The notes beneath the pieces were generated by a model. The model was given only the letters and a program-made list of their open reading frames with translations. It had not been told where the DNA came from and ran no database searches. From Candidatus Hecatella orcuttiae (GTDB taxonomy: Archaea > Thermoproteota > Bathyarchaeia > Hecatellales > Hecatellaceae), in the NCBI GenBank assembly GCA_002011035.2, contig MTLY02000001.1, forward strand, positions 160,001 to 224,000: a stretch of DNA of 64,000 nt, written 5' to 3'. Below are positions 1 to 8,835 of this stretch, in pieces; position 1 is the stretch's first letter, and each line of letters opens with the position of its first letter. Made by a program: the position numbers and the translations under genes.

Positions 1-78
1 TTCTCAGGGGTGATGAATCCTTCCCCGGTGCCTTTGCTCATCACCTACCAGCCTCCGGAGGGAGCCCAAGCTGTTTGA
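1..78 (+). CDS. 3' end of an upstream gene, possibly a HerA-like ATPase (partial)
   Basis: Frame 1 reads FSGVMNPSPVPLLITYQPPEGAQAV*, ending 4 nt before the NurA-like gene; G-x-x-N-P-x-P resembles HerA-family C-termini and HerA usually pairs with NurA. Only 25 codons visible. Confidence 0.4.
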   Translation, partial: FSGVMNPSPVPLLITYQPPEGAQAV

Positions 79-82
79 AGAA

Positions 83-1240
83 ATGCTAGAGTGGGTTAAG
101 CTTCCCCAAGACCTTCAGCATCATTTTTTTAAGTTAGCTGAAGAGGAAGCTGAAAAGCTGTCAGAAAGCGTCCGCCGGTTAAGCCGCCAGCTGGGAGAGC
201 TGAAAGCAAGGCTTCAACCTTACATTCACAGCCTACCCGGCAACGACATGGCGTTGACCGTGGCCGCTGTGGACAGTTCTAGGTCTCCGAGGCTCAGTGA
301 AAGGCTGGGGGTGAGATACGGTGTTTTCGCAACAGGCGCCGTGTACCTTAAAGGTGTGGAGAGTAGGGAGGAAACCTTCAGGGCGGGAGTTTTTAAGAGG
401 AAACAGGCGCTGTCTCAGGATAAAAGTAAGTACCTTTTCGACCTCCTCACAACCTATACGGAAAGGAAGCTGGCTTTGGAGGCCTTGGACAGGTGCGACC
501 TGTTGATTCTGGACGGAAGCTTCTACGGTTTCATCTACGGAGCCAGTTTGATGAAGAAAACAGAGCTCTATGGGGATCAGGAGGAGGAAATCGTTAAAAA
601 AATCTTCGAAATGACTGAGGAGCTGAGAAGAAGCGGAAAAACCGTCGGCGTGATCAAGCGAAGCCACACCAGAAGCATCGGAGGTTACCTTGCCTTCAAA
701 CATGGGGACAGCGCCTTCACATCCATCATCGACAAGCTGATTCTCTCCATGCTGATGCCGGAAAACTCCTACTTCCGCTACCAGGAGCTGATAGGAGAGG
801 AGCCTGTGCAGATATACTCCGGCTACGCCCGCTTGGTTTCCATAGGGTGGTCAGAGGGCGACCTGATGGAGGAGGCGGAGAAAAGAGCTTACAGGCCTCT
901 TGAAAACCTGAAGCTGGACAAGGAGGGGCTTAAAAAAATGAGGAGGATGCAGGTTCGATTCCACAGGGATACAGCTCCCTGCGAAATAGAGTTCCCAGCG
1001 TCCATTGGAAAAAAGAAGCTCCTAGAATGGTTCGGCCAGAAAAACTTCTTCAACGAAGCGACAAACCTGCCCATGGCTTTGGACCTCGTCGACAACATGG
1101 TAGGCCTATCGGCTAAATTCACCGAAGAATTCGTCTCAGAGGTGGAGGGGAGAATGCTGGAGACTGTGGCTGAAAACCTACGCGACCAAGAAGCCGTGAA
1201 AACATTCTTCACCCTCCTAAACCCGCAAAAACCATACTGA
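83..1240 (+). CDS. nurA: NurA-domain nuclease
   Basis: AAVDSS, LILDGSF, GVIKRS and PxxLDLVD motifs typical of NurA-family RNase H-fold nucleases. Confidence 0.75.
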   Translation: MLEWVKLPQDLQHHFFKLAEEEAEKLSESVRRLSRQLGELKARLQPYIHSLPGNDMALTVAAVDSSRSPRLSERLGVRYGVFATGAVYLKGVESREETFRAGVFKRKQALSQDKSKYLFDLLTTYTERKLALEALDRCDLLILDGSFYGFIYGASLMKKTELYGDQEEEIVKKIFEMTEELRRSGKTVGVIKRSHTRSIGGYLAFKHGDSAFTSIIDKLILSMLMPENSYFRYQELIGEEPVQIYSGYARLVSIGWSEGDLMEEAEKRAYRPLENLKLDKEGLKKMRRMQVRFHRDTAPCEIEFPASIGKKKLLEWFGQKNFFNEATNLPMALDLVDNMVGLSAKFTEEFVSEVEGRMLETVAENLRDQEAVKTFFTLLNPQKPY

Positions 1241-1249
1241 AATTCCCCC

Positions 1250-2740
1250 TTATCTGTCGAAGTAGAGGTAGAATTCGTAGGGGTGGGGTCTCAGGCTGAC
1301 TTCCATGTCCTCCAACGTCTCCAGCTCGATTATTTTCTCTATCACATCCGGTGGGAAGATGGGCTTCAAATACTCGCTGTCGCTTTTCAGGCATTCCACC
1401 GCCTCTTTAAGGGTGGCGGGTAGAACCTGGATGCCCAGTTGCCGCCGTCTTTCAGGGCTCAGCTTGTAGATGTCCTCCTCCACAGGGTCCCCGATGTCTA
1501 TTTTCTTCTTAATTCCGTCCAAGCCAGCGGCTACCAGGGCTGCGAAGCAAAGGTAGGGGTTGCAAGCCGGGTCGGGGGGCCTGAACTCAATCCGCTTAGC
1601 ATCAGCCATCTTCGGCCCCTTATGGTAGACGGGTACCCTCACGGCGGCAGACCTGTTACTCCGACTCCAAGCCAAGTAGACGGGCGCCTCATAGCCGGGG
1701 ACAAGACGTCGATAAGAATTAGTGGTCGGAGCCACGATGGCCGCCAGAGACCGGCCATGGTCGAGGAGGCCTCCCCCAAAATACCGGCCCAGTTGGCTCA
1801 GCTCGGTTCGAGGGTCTTCAGGGTCATAGAAAAGGTTTCGCCCTTCCTTCCAGAGGCTTACGTGGACATGCATGCCTGAGGCGTTGTCCATGAAGACAGG
1901 TTTAGGCATCATGGTCGCTGTTAGGCCTTTCTGTTTGGCGATATTCTTCACCACAAACTTGTAGGTCATGACGCTGTCTCCCATGCTGGTCAAGGTATCC
2001 CGGTACATGTCGATCTCTCCCTGCCCGGCAGTGGCCACCTCATGGTGGTGAGCATCGCAGGGAATTCCGAAGAATTCCTCCAAGACCTTAGCGCACTCGC
2101 TCCGAAACTCCGTGAAAGTGTCCTGAGGAGAAGCGGGAAAATAGCCTTCCTTAAACCTTATGGGATACCCTGACTCGCAGCCGCTGTTCCAAGCTGCCTC
2201 CCGGGACTCCACCCGGTAGCTTTGGCCCCGGTAGGCGGAGAGGACATCCCATTCCACCTTGTCGAAGACGAAAAATTCCACCTCAGGCCCCCAGAGGGAA
2301 AAGTCGTAGCCCGTCTTCGTGACCGCTTGTTCAGCCTTCTGCGCTATGCTTCGAGGGTCCCGGGAAAGCCTCCCCAAACCAAACCCCCAGTAAACATCGC
2401 ATATCATCCTAGCCATCTTGATATCTTCAGGGACCCATGGAATAACCCCGTAGGTGGAGGGGTCGGGCTTGAGAACCAAGTCTGACTCATGGATCTCGGT
2501 GAAGCCCTTGATGGAGGAGCCGTCCAGCTTCGGCACTCCTTCCTCGAAAGTCTGTAGTTCAAGAGAATCGGCCCTGATGGTGGTGTGCTGAAGCCTCCCC
2601 AGCAGATCCGTGAAGTGGAGGTCGATGAATTTTATTCCATCCTCTTTCAAAAGCTTCAACACTTCTTCAGACGTCCTTTTCAAGGGCATGAGTTTTCCTT
2701 CAGGGGTCTTTGAGTAGGGCACTTTTCCAATCCCCGCCAT
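1250..2740 (-). CDS. glnA: Glutamine synthetase type I (true start may be up to 17 codons downstream)
   Basis: LDGSSIKGF, HHHEVATAGQGEI, MPKP..DNASGMHVH, NSYRRLVPGYEAP, RIEFRPPDPACNPYL. Confidence 0.97.
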   Translation of the reverse strand: MAGIGKVPYSKTPEGKLMPLKRTSEEVLKLLKEDGIKFIDLHFTDLLGRLQHTTIRADSLELQTFEEGVPKLDGSSIKGFTEIHESDLVLKPDPSTYGVIPWVPEDIKMARMICDVYWGFGLGRLSRDPRSIAQKAEQAVTKTGYDFSLWGPEVEFFVFDKVEWDVLSAYRGQSYRVESREAAWNSGCESGYPIRFKEGYFPASPQDTFTEFRSECAKVLEEFFGIPCDAHHHEVATAGQGEIDMYRDTLTSMGDSVMTYKFVVKNIAKQKGLTATMMPKPVFMDNASGMHVHVSLWKEGRNLFYDPEDPRTELSQLGRYFGGGLLDHGRSLAAIVAPTTNSYRRLVPGYEAPVYLAWSRSNRSAAVRVPVYHKGPKMADAKRIEFRPPDPACNPYLCFAALVAAGLDGIKKKIDIGDPVEEDIYKLSPERRRQLGIQVLPATLKEAVECLKSDSEYLKPIFPPDVIEKIIELETLEDMEVSLRPHPYEFYLYFDR

Positions 2741-2852
2741 ATGCTAACTTTATAGACATTATGGAAAATGAATATATACTTTTTCCTCTAAAAAATGGAC
2801 AATCGTCAAGTTTATAAGCCAATATAACACAAATGTTCGGAAGGGGTAAGCC

Positions 2853-3302
2853 GTGAACCTCGACGAGCTAGACTACAGAATACTCAAGGAGTGCCTGAAA
2901 GACTCCCGAGCCTCCAGCCGGGAAGTAGCCAGAAAGGTAGGCGTATCGGTAGGCACAGCCTTAGCCAGAATCAAGAAAATGGAAAAGGAAGGCCTTATAA
3001 AAGGCTACACGGTGGTTCTCGACTACGAAAAACTCGGCTACCAGTTAACGGCGATAACGGAAGTAATAGTCTCCAAGGGTAAACTGCTGGAGGTGGAAAA
3101 AGAAATCGCTAAGATGCCCATGGTCTGCGCCGTCTACGACGTCACAGGAGAAATCGACGCCATTCTCATCGCTAAATTTAGAAGCCGAGAAGAACTCAGC
3201 AACTACACCAAAAAACTTCTAACCGTCCCCTACGTGGAAAGAACCAACACTCACGTAGTCCTTACCACCGTAAAGGAGGACTTCCGGCTGCTAAGCCAGT
3301 GA
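2853..3302 (+). CDS. Lrp/AsnC-family transcriptional regulator, divergent from glnA
   Basis: LDELDYRIL..DSRAS N-terminal HTH; VYDVTGEIDA RAM domain. Confidence 0.93.
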   Translation: MNLDELDYRILKECLKDSRASSREVARKVGVSVGTALARIKKMEKEGLIKGYTVVLDYEKLGYQLTAITEVIVSKGKLLEVEKEIAKMPMVCAVYDVTGEIDAILIAKFRSREELSNYTKKLLTVPYVERTNTHVVLTTVKEDFRLLSQ

Positions 3303-3391
3303 AGCCGCCACCCTCAGCTCAAAGCTTCGCATCTTCTGAGCGTTAGCGTTAATATTTCTCATCCACCTACAGAGGTATAGGTGCGAGTAAT

Positions 3392-4063
3392 TTGACAAGA
3401 ATCAAAATCCTCGGAATAAGCGGAAGCCCTAAAAAGGGAGGAAACTGCGAGCAATGCCTCTCCGAATCTTTGAAAGCAAGCCAAACCGTCGGCGACGTGG
3501 AAACAGAGCTGATAAGCCTAGCTGGGCTTCAGGTCAACCCTTGCAACGGATGCCTCCGATGCCATTTTAAAGCCTCCCGGGAGAGGCCTTGCCCGGAATT
3601 CGACGACGGGATGACGACTCTATACCCTAAGCTGATCAACTCTGACGGCTTTATTTTCGCAAGCCCTGTGTATTTCGGCTCAGTTTCCGCCCTGATGAAG
3701 GCTTTCATGGACAGACTTCTCCCTTTCACAACAGCATACTACTACCCGGAAAGCGAGTTTAAGGAAACTTTGCGCTTTAAGCCAGCGGGAGCGATTGCCG
3801 TGGGAGGTGCCCGCAGCGACGGAGTTGAGGGAACCCTTTATTCCTTCCACCGCTTTTTCCTCTACCATGACATGATCACCGTCGGAGCCCAGACCGTCGG
3901 CAACATCTACGGGGTCTCAGCGTTGGGAGGAGCCGTGGTCACCGAAGATAAGCCAAACGCGGTGGACAGAGACCGCTCCGGCATGGCCACTGTTAAGGTG
4001 ATAGGGGAGAAAGTTGCGATGCTGGCGAAGGCGTTTAAACCTGTCAGGCCTACGCTTGAATAA
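3392..4063 (+). CDS. Iron-sulfur flavoprotein / flavodoxin-family protein
   Basis: GISGSPKKGGN, CxGCxxC..C, ASPVYFGSVSA.MKAFMDR. Confidence 0.9.
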   Translation: MTRIKILGISGSPKKGGNCEQCLSESLKASQTVGDVETELISLAGLQVNPCNGCLRCHFKASRERPCPEFDDGMTTLYPKLINSDGFIFASPVYFGSVSALMKAFMDRLLPFTTAYYYPESEFKETLRFKPAGAIAVGGARSDGVEGTLYSFHRFFLYHDMITVGAQTVGNIYGVSALGGAVVTEDKPNAVDRDRSGMATVKVIGEKVAMLAKAFKPVRPTLE

Positions 4064-4143
4064 AAGACAGCTCAGCCTTTAAACGGGTCAGCGTTTCCGA
4101 GTGAATAGATACCTTTATATGGGTTTCATTGCGATGTATAAGC

Positions 4144-4219
4144 GGAGTTAATCTTCAGGAAGAGACGGAGTAATTACGTAGCTCGTTTTTACTCGCGTTT
4201 TTCTTGCAAGAATAGCTCC
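4144..4219 (+). promoter_or_regulatory. Long hairpin in the 5' leader of the zinc-ribbon/SSB genes
   Basis: Nested complementary arms GGAGTTA/TAGCTCC, TCTT/AAGA, CAGGAAGAGACG/CGTTTTTCTTG, GAGTAA/TTACTC, ACG/CGT; begins about 25 nt after TTTATAT (about 4114-4120). Confidence 0.55.
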
Positions 4220-4246
4220 AAAAAATCTAGAGAGTGGTGAGAGATA

Positions 4247-4390
4247 TTGAGTTTTGGTGAACGCAGAGAGAGGAAGATGTATCCGGTTACCTGCTCGGAC
4301 TGCGGAGTAGAGACGGAAGTTCCCTTCAAACCCACCGAAGGCAGACCGGTATACTGCAGAGAATGCTACCAGAAGCATAGGAGATACTAA
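4247..4390 (+). CDS. Small CxxC-x17-CxxC zinc-ribbon protein, 47 aa (absent from the ORF track)
   Basis: MSFGERRERKMYPVTCSDCGVETEVPFKPTEGRPVYCRECYQKHRRY*; GGTGA RBS before TTG; VPFKP..GRPVYCRECY is the family signature. Confidence 0.9.
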   Translation: MSFGERRERKMYPVTCSDCGVETEVPFKPTEGRPVYCRECYQKHRRY

Positions 4391-4413
4391 GTTTCCTGGA
4401 AAACGGAAAGTGG

Positions 4414-4896
4414 ATGCGAATGTCAATAGGGGAAGAAGCAGACTCAGCAGCTGTGGAGAAAAAAGTAAGCGAACTAGGTCCTCACGTGAAAGGAGTTGAC
4501 ATAACCGTCAAGGTTATGTCGAAAACAGCTGCCCGTGAAGTACCTTCAAGGATCGACGGGTCTGTGCATAGGCTTGCAGAAGCATTGGTAGGCGACCCTA
4601 CAGGGTGTATCATATTGACCCTGTGGGACGACGCCATCGACAAGGTGAACGAAAACGAGACCATCTCCATAAAAAACGGCTACGTTTCAATGTTCAAAGG
4701 CTTTATGAGGTTGAACACGGGGAAAAGCGGCACCATAGAACCTGCGGAAAAACCAGTCACCGAAGTAAACGAAGCAAACAACCTGTCAGACCGCCGATTC
4801 GAACAAGAGCAACGCTACCCAAAGTTCCGCCCTTTGTACGGAGATATGGACCGTTCTAGACGAGGCAACCGAGGTAAATTTAGAAGAAGACGATAA
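4414..4896 (+). CDS. ssb: Single OB-fold ssDNA-binding protein with Arg/Gly-rich tail
   Basis: LVGDPTG.I.LTLWDD and IKNGYVS.FKG.MRLN.GK.G motifs of archaeal single-OB SSB/RPA. Confidence 0.85.
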   Translation: MRMSIGEEADSAAVEKKVSELGPHVKGVDITVKVMSKTAAREVPSRIDGSVHRLAEALVGDPTGCIILTLWDDAIDKVNENETISIKNGYVSMFKGFMRLNTGKSGTIEPAEKPVTEVNEANNLSDRRFEQEQRYPKFRPLYGDMDRSRRGNRGKFRRRR

Positions 4897-4930
4897 GCCT
4901 ACTCAGTCAACAAGAACAGAAAAACCTCAA

Positions 4931-5010
4931 AAGGGGGGGCGTTGGAAACAGCCTCCTTCCGTATATGGGTCGACAAAATATTTTCTTTTTCATTTTTTAA
5001 ATTTTGCTTT
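4931..5010 (+). terminator. Probable terminator after ssb
   Basis: GGGGGGGC..GCCTCCTT hairpin followed by several T-tracts (4981-5010). Confidence 0.45.
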
Positions 5011-5065
5011 CAACTTTCCAAGATTTTATTTATAAATTTTAGGAAGAAAATTCCCGTGTCATAAG

Positions 5066-5617
5066 GTGTATTCGGTGGACTGGAGAAGATTCGCATGGTT
5101 TGGCTTGGTGGGACCTTTGGTAGGTTTTGCTTTTGTCGGGGCTTCTATAATGTTGGCACCGTGGTTCAGCTGGCAGAGCAACGCTCTAAGCGACCTCGGA
5201 CACTCCGTTAAGAGCAGTGTAGCACCCCTTTTCAACTTCGGATTATTTTTAACCGGATTCCTCCTCATTGTATACTCAATTAAGGCTTTGCAGAAGCACT
5301 CAAAGTACGCAGGCTATTGTCTGCTTACCTCGGCTCTTGCACTTCAGCTGGTAGCCGTGTTCGATGAAGTTTACGGGCTTCTGCATTTTGCAGTATCGGT
5401 GTTGTTCTTCGCTTCCCTGGGGGTTTCCTCTATAGTGTATGCTGTGGAGAGAAAATCGATCCTTGCTTTCGCTGCCTTCATCATAGGTTTAGGAGCGTGG
5501 GTTTTATTTTGGATTGGAGGATATAGCGGAGGCGTTGCCATCCCTGAAACTGTATCCTCTGGAGTGATGGCTTTGTGGATAATGTCGTCCGCCTTTTACG
5601 TTTATTCCGCAAAGTGA
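5066..5617 (+). CDS. DUF998-like membrane protein
   Basis: PWFSW..NALSDLG motif, several TM helices, LH..VS.LFF and AIPE motifs. Confidence 0.75.
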   Translation: MYSVDWRRFAWFGLVGPLVGFAFVGASIMLAPWFSWQSNALSDLGHSVKSSVAPLFNFGLFLTGFLLIVYSIKALQKHSKYAGYCLLTSALALQLVAVFDEVYGLLHFAVSVLFFASLGVSSIVYAVERKSILAFAAFIIGLGAWVLFWIGGYSGGVAIPETVSSGVMALWIMSSAFYVYSAK

Positions 5618-5624
5618 GGTGTTA

Positions 5625-6560
5625 TTATTTTACAATCCCTATTATTGTTTGAGGCTTGCTGAAAAGATTCTCCACTTCTTGAAAACTGCTCTTTGGCAAA
5701 GTATAGAGTAAAACGGTAGCAGGACCTGCTGATTTATTCAAATCAAGTTCCAAGGGTATTCTACGGGAAAATTTTACCTCTCGACCGACCCAAGAAACAA
5801 GCGCTGTAGCCTCGGCGACGATTCCCCGAGACCCTACGGGGACAATTTCATGAACGAATTTTTTCTGCAAGAGGAACATCACATCTAACAGGTCTGCAGT
5901 TTCTCCTCTCGCTTCATGGGTTAGTACTTCGTTTCCAGCACACGGCCGACCGAGCGCTACCACCAGATCTCCTTTACAGCTTTTCCCTATTCTCAGTTCT
6001 TTTTCGCGGGCGATGCCGATAACCGTCACGCCGAGGCCTGTTTGCGAAGTTTTGATGCTTTCCTCCGTGTCAAGGAGGACCATTTCATCGACATCCAAAC
6101 CTAGGAGTTTAGTTTCGCTTTCCACCCCCTTTAGAATCTCTTCACCTGCAGGGCTCCTTTCAGCGCTTAAAGCTACAGAAACAAGGGTTGGATGGGCGCC
6201 GGTTGACAGAACTTTTATCAGTCCAACCCTAGCCATGAATTTACCTAAAACTTCATTCTTCACTTGAATGACGTCGTCTGGTTTACAGCCAATGCCTCCA
6301 GAGGAAGATACACTCATGATCAATGCGAAATTGGGTGGAAACCTAGCAATGATCACATCTCTTACCTTTGTGAAGCTGATCTTCGCTGGCACTAGGCTGA
6401 AGGCAGCTGGGTAGATGAGTTCGCCGATGTTTTCAGCTGCATTCAAGTAGAAGAGTAGCGCCTGCCGTGCAATTTCAGATCTGCTCAGCGAGTATTTTTT
6501 AGAGAGTTTATCAATCTCGTGGAAAAGTCTTGCAGGGAGTCTGAGATTTAATATTTTCAA
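5625..6560 (-). CDS. Ribbon-helix-helix domain fused to a degenerate alpha-ribazole kinase (CblS-like) domain; putative regulator
   Basis: N-term KILNLRLP..L..EIDKL....SLSRSEIARQAL (CopG/NikR RHH); remainder aligns by eye with 7152-7919 (SGGIG.KPDD, QTGLGVTVIG, HEIVPVGSRGI, KSAGPATV); TTG start at 6560 preferred. Confidence 0.8.
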   Translation of the reverse strand: MKILNLRLPARLFHEIDKLSKKYSLSRSEIARQALLFYLNAAENIGELIYPAAFSLVPAKISFTKVRDVIIARFPPNFALIMSVSSSGGIGCKPDDVIQVKNEVLGKFMARVGLIKVLSTGAHPTLVSVALSAERSPAGEEILKGVESETKLLGLDVDEMVLLDTEESIKTSQTGLGVTVIGIAREKELRIGKSCKGDLVVALGRPCAGNEVLTHEARGETADLLDVMFLLQKKFVHEIVPVGSRGIVAEATALVSWVGREVKFSRRIPLELDLNKSAGPATVLLYTLPKSSFQEVENLFSKPQTIIGIVK

Positions 6561-6592
6561 TGTATGACAAATGTAATACATAATGTAACTAT
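6561..6592. promoter_or_regulatory. Tandem palindromic operator candidate (TGT-N3-ACA)
   Basis: TGTATGACA (6561-6569), TGTAATACA (6572-6580), partial TGTAAC (6584-6589), spaced about one helical turn, in the divergent promoter. Confidence 0.55.
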
Positions 6593-6634
6593 TAAATATT
6601 ATTTTCCCACTCTAGGGATAGCAGGCTAAAAATT

Positions 6635-7162
6635 ATGATTATGGAGAGAGCTCTCATGAGTAAGCGTTACTCCAAGTCCAAAACTTTGCATGTAGCCCGG
6701 TGGGGTATTTTTTCAGCTTTGAGTGTGGTGGGTTCCCTTATACCGTTTCCAAGCCCTGTGGGAACCATAGCCTTTGACTCTTTTCCCGGCTATTTTGCAG
6801 CCCTCTATTTTGGGGTTATGGACGGGGCGGTGATATTTGCCATCGGACACTTAGCCACGTCCATTGTCCATGGTTTCCCCCTTGGTTTTTGGCATTTCTT
6901 GATAGCTTTAGGCATGGCAGTTGTAGGGGTTGTTGTAGGAATCGTGCATAAGGTCATTTCCAGAGTTTGGGGGTTCATTCCGGCAACGATTGCGGGGATA
7001 ACCGCGAATACTGCCATGTTCCCCTTGGCAGTGCCTGTGATGGGTTGGGCTGGTTCGCTGCTGCTGGTGCCCTTTCTGGCAGTTGCTTCAACTTTAAACG
7101 GCATTCTAGCCATGTTCATATTCATAGCGATAAGGAGGAGAAAAATCCTCGTTGAGGGCTAG
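6635..7162 (+). CDS. cblT: ECF S-component, alpha-ribazole transporter CblT-like
   Basis: PSPVGTIAFDSFPGYFAAL, GHLATS...GFPLG..H motifs; overlaps the CblS-like gene. Confidence 0.8.
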   Translation: MIMERALMSKRYSKSKTLHVARWGIFSALSVVGSLIPFPSPVGTIAFDSFPGYFAALYFGVMDGAVIFAIGHLATSIVHGFPLGFWHFLIALGMAVVGVVVGIVHKVISRVWGFIPATIAGITANTAMFPLAVPVMGWAGSLLLVPFLAVASTLNGILAMFIFIAIRRRKILVEG

Positions 7163-7919
7163 AAGACAGCCCAGAGAAGTGTTTGTAGAAACTCTGAGGG
7201 ATTTAATTGTTCTCAGAATCAATAAAACATATCTGACCGTTAGCTGCGACTCCTGCGGAGGAGTAGGTTTTAACCCTCTAGACACTTTGAAGGTTAAAGG
7301 TGTGGTTCTGGGGAGATTTCTGGCACGAGTGGCTCTTATGGAAACGCTCTCAGTTAACGCTCAACCTTTAGCGTGTTCGCTTACATTGTCAATAAATCCG
7401 AGTCCTGCATGGAAGGGGTTTTTAGCCGGCGTCCACGGGGAGTTCAAAGCTGCTGGTTTAAAAGCCTACGATGTGAAGTTTATTCTCAGCTCTGAAAAAA
7501 ATTTCCCCGTCAGACAGACAGGAGTCGGCATCACCATCTTGGGGGCTACGAGAAGCCTTAAGATTGGAAGAGTGGAAAGGGGAGATTTACTTGTAGCCGT
7601 GGGTAAACCGCATGTGGGACGCGAAGTCTTGAAAGCTGAAACAGGCCGTGAAATCGCAGACCTCAGAGATTTAAACAAACTGTTAAAGACAAGTTTCGTT
7701 CATGAAATTATCCCCGTTGGCTCCCAAGGTATTCTTCATGAGGCCAAAGTTTTAGCCAAAAGTTCAGGGCTGAATTTTAAACCCTTCAAGTCAACAATAA
7801 ACCTCAAGAAGCCAGCCGGCCCTTCAACGGTCATCTTGGCGGCTGTGGAGGAAAATAAAATGAGAGACCTCGCCGAACACGCCAATAAGCCCCTAACTCG
7901 GATTGGCTTTTTCACGTAG
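7152..7919 (+). CDS. cblS: Alpha-ribazole kinase CblS-like (PurM/AIR synthase fold)
   Basis: RDL..SCDSCGGVG, ARVALME, SSEKNF..QTGVG, HEIIPVGSQGI, AGPST. Confidence 0.8.
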   Translation: MRARRQPREVFVETLRDLIVLRINKTYLTVSCDSCGGVGFNPLDTLKVKGVVLGRFLARVALMETLSVNAQPLACSLTLSINPSPAWKGFLAGVHGEFKAAGLKAYDVKFILSSEKNFPVRQTGVGITILGATRSLKIGRVERGDLLVAVGKPHVGREVLKAETGREIADLRDLNKLLKTSFVHEIIPVGSQGILHEAKVLAKSSGLNFKPFKSTINLKKPAGPSTVILAAVEENKMRDLAEHANKPLTRIGFFT

Positions 7920-8064
7920 AGCCAAGATTGGTTTCTGGGGTTAAACGTTTTCAGTTGCTCTCAAACCGTTTATAGTTGCATTCCAGCTCAGTGACAGATA
8001 AGTTTTAAGAGAAAGAAATTATCGAACTCAGAGAGGCAGCAGGAAATTTTAAAAAATGGGAGTT

Positions 8065-8240
8065 TTATTTCTTCCTAACTATTTTTACGGAGTCCGACCC
8101 TTCTATCGGGATGCTGTCTCTTGTTTGGCCTGTCAGTGTAGCGTCCGTGTCACCATCTGCTATTCCTGTATCCTTTGTTTTGAAGTGATATACGGCATCT
8201 AGGGTCTCCCATTTTTGGTATTTGTTGACCGTCTCTCTTA
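8065..8240 (-). pseudogene. Start-less remnant of the C-terminal domain of a probable surface/secreted protein
   Basis: Reads ...ETLDAVYHFKTKDTGIADGDTDATLTGQTRDSIPIEGSDSVKIVRKK*; an in-frame TAG lies upstream with no start codon between. Confidence 0.5.
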
Positions 8241-8349
8241 ACTATCTGAATTTATTTAAAAATTATAAAATAATATTTATTGGGGTTTGATCTTCCTCGG
8301 AAAGTGCTGGCGTTGTCTTCTATATTCTTTGGATGTACAAAGAAAGGCT

Positions 8350-8427
8350 TGGTGCTCCGGCCGGGATTTGAACCCGGGTCGAAGGCTCGAGAGGCCTTCA
8401 TCCTTAACCGGACTAGACTACCGGAGC
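8350..8427 (-). tRNA. tRNA-Glu(CTC), CCA encoded, no intron
   Basis: GCTCCGG acceptor stem, AAGGC-CT-CTC-GA-GCCTT anticodon arm, GTTCAAATC T-loop. Confidence 0.97.
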
Positions 8428-8436
8428 GTCCCTGAA

Positions 8437-8721
8437 CTAGACTTCTTGGGACAGATTGAAGGGGCGGCCTTGTTTCAGGATTTTTTCAGGCACCTTCTCC
8501 TTCCATTTTCGGAGGAAGGCTAAGTCTTCCCTTTCCTCCCTCAGCTCCGGGGGGAGGCAGTGGGGTATCTCCTCGATGATGGGATACCACATGCGGCATT
8601 CAGGGTTAGGGCAGGCTAGGATGCCTTCCACAATTTCCTCCTTTTCGTCGAACACGTGGAGCTCTAGGGGATGAGCCTTACACATGGCGCAGGCTAAGAA
8701 TTCCATGAGCCGCCTTTTCAA
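8437..8721 (-). CDS. trm112: Trm112-family methyltransferase activator
   Basis: LMEFLAC.MCK..PLEL, EGILAC..C..WYPIIEEIP. Confidence 0.9.
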   Translation of the reverse strand: MKRRLMEFLACAMCKAHPLELHVFDEKEEIVEGILACPNPECRMWYPIIEEIPHCLPPELREEREDLAFLRKWKEKVPEKILKQGRPFNLSQEV

Positions 8722-8835
8722 TCCTTTTCACCTACACTTTAAAGCCCATCAGTCAGATAATAGTTTTTCCAGAGGGAGGCGTAAAACCATTTTTACCAAG
8801 GCCAACCAACCTTAGAAGAGGGGAAGGGTAGAGGT

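Noticed and set aside
4148-4426. 92-aa minus-strand ORF
   Set aside because: Antisense shadow of the real 47-aa zinc-ribbon gene on the + strand
8287-8523. ORFs over tRNA genes (also 10563-10814, 10771-10953, 32910-33104, 33022-33231)
   Set aside because: They overlap tRNA genes and show no protein-like features
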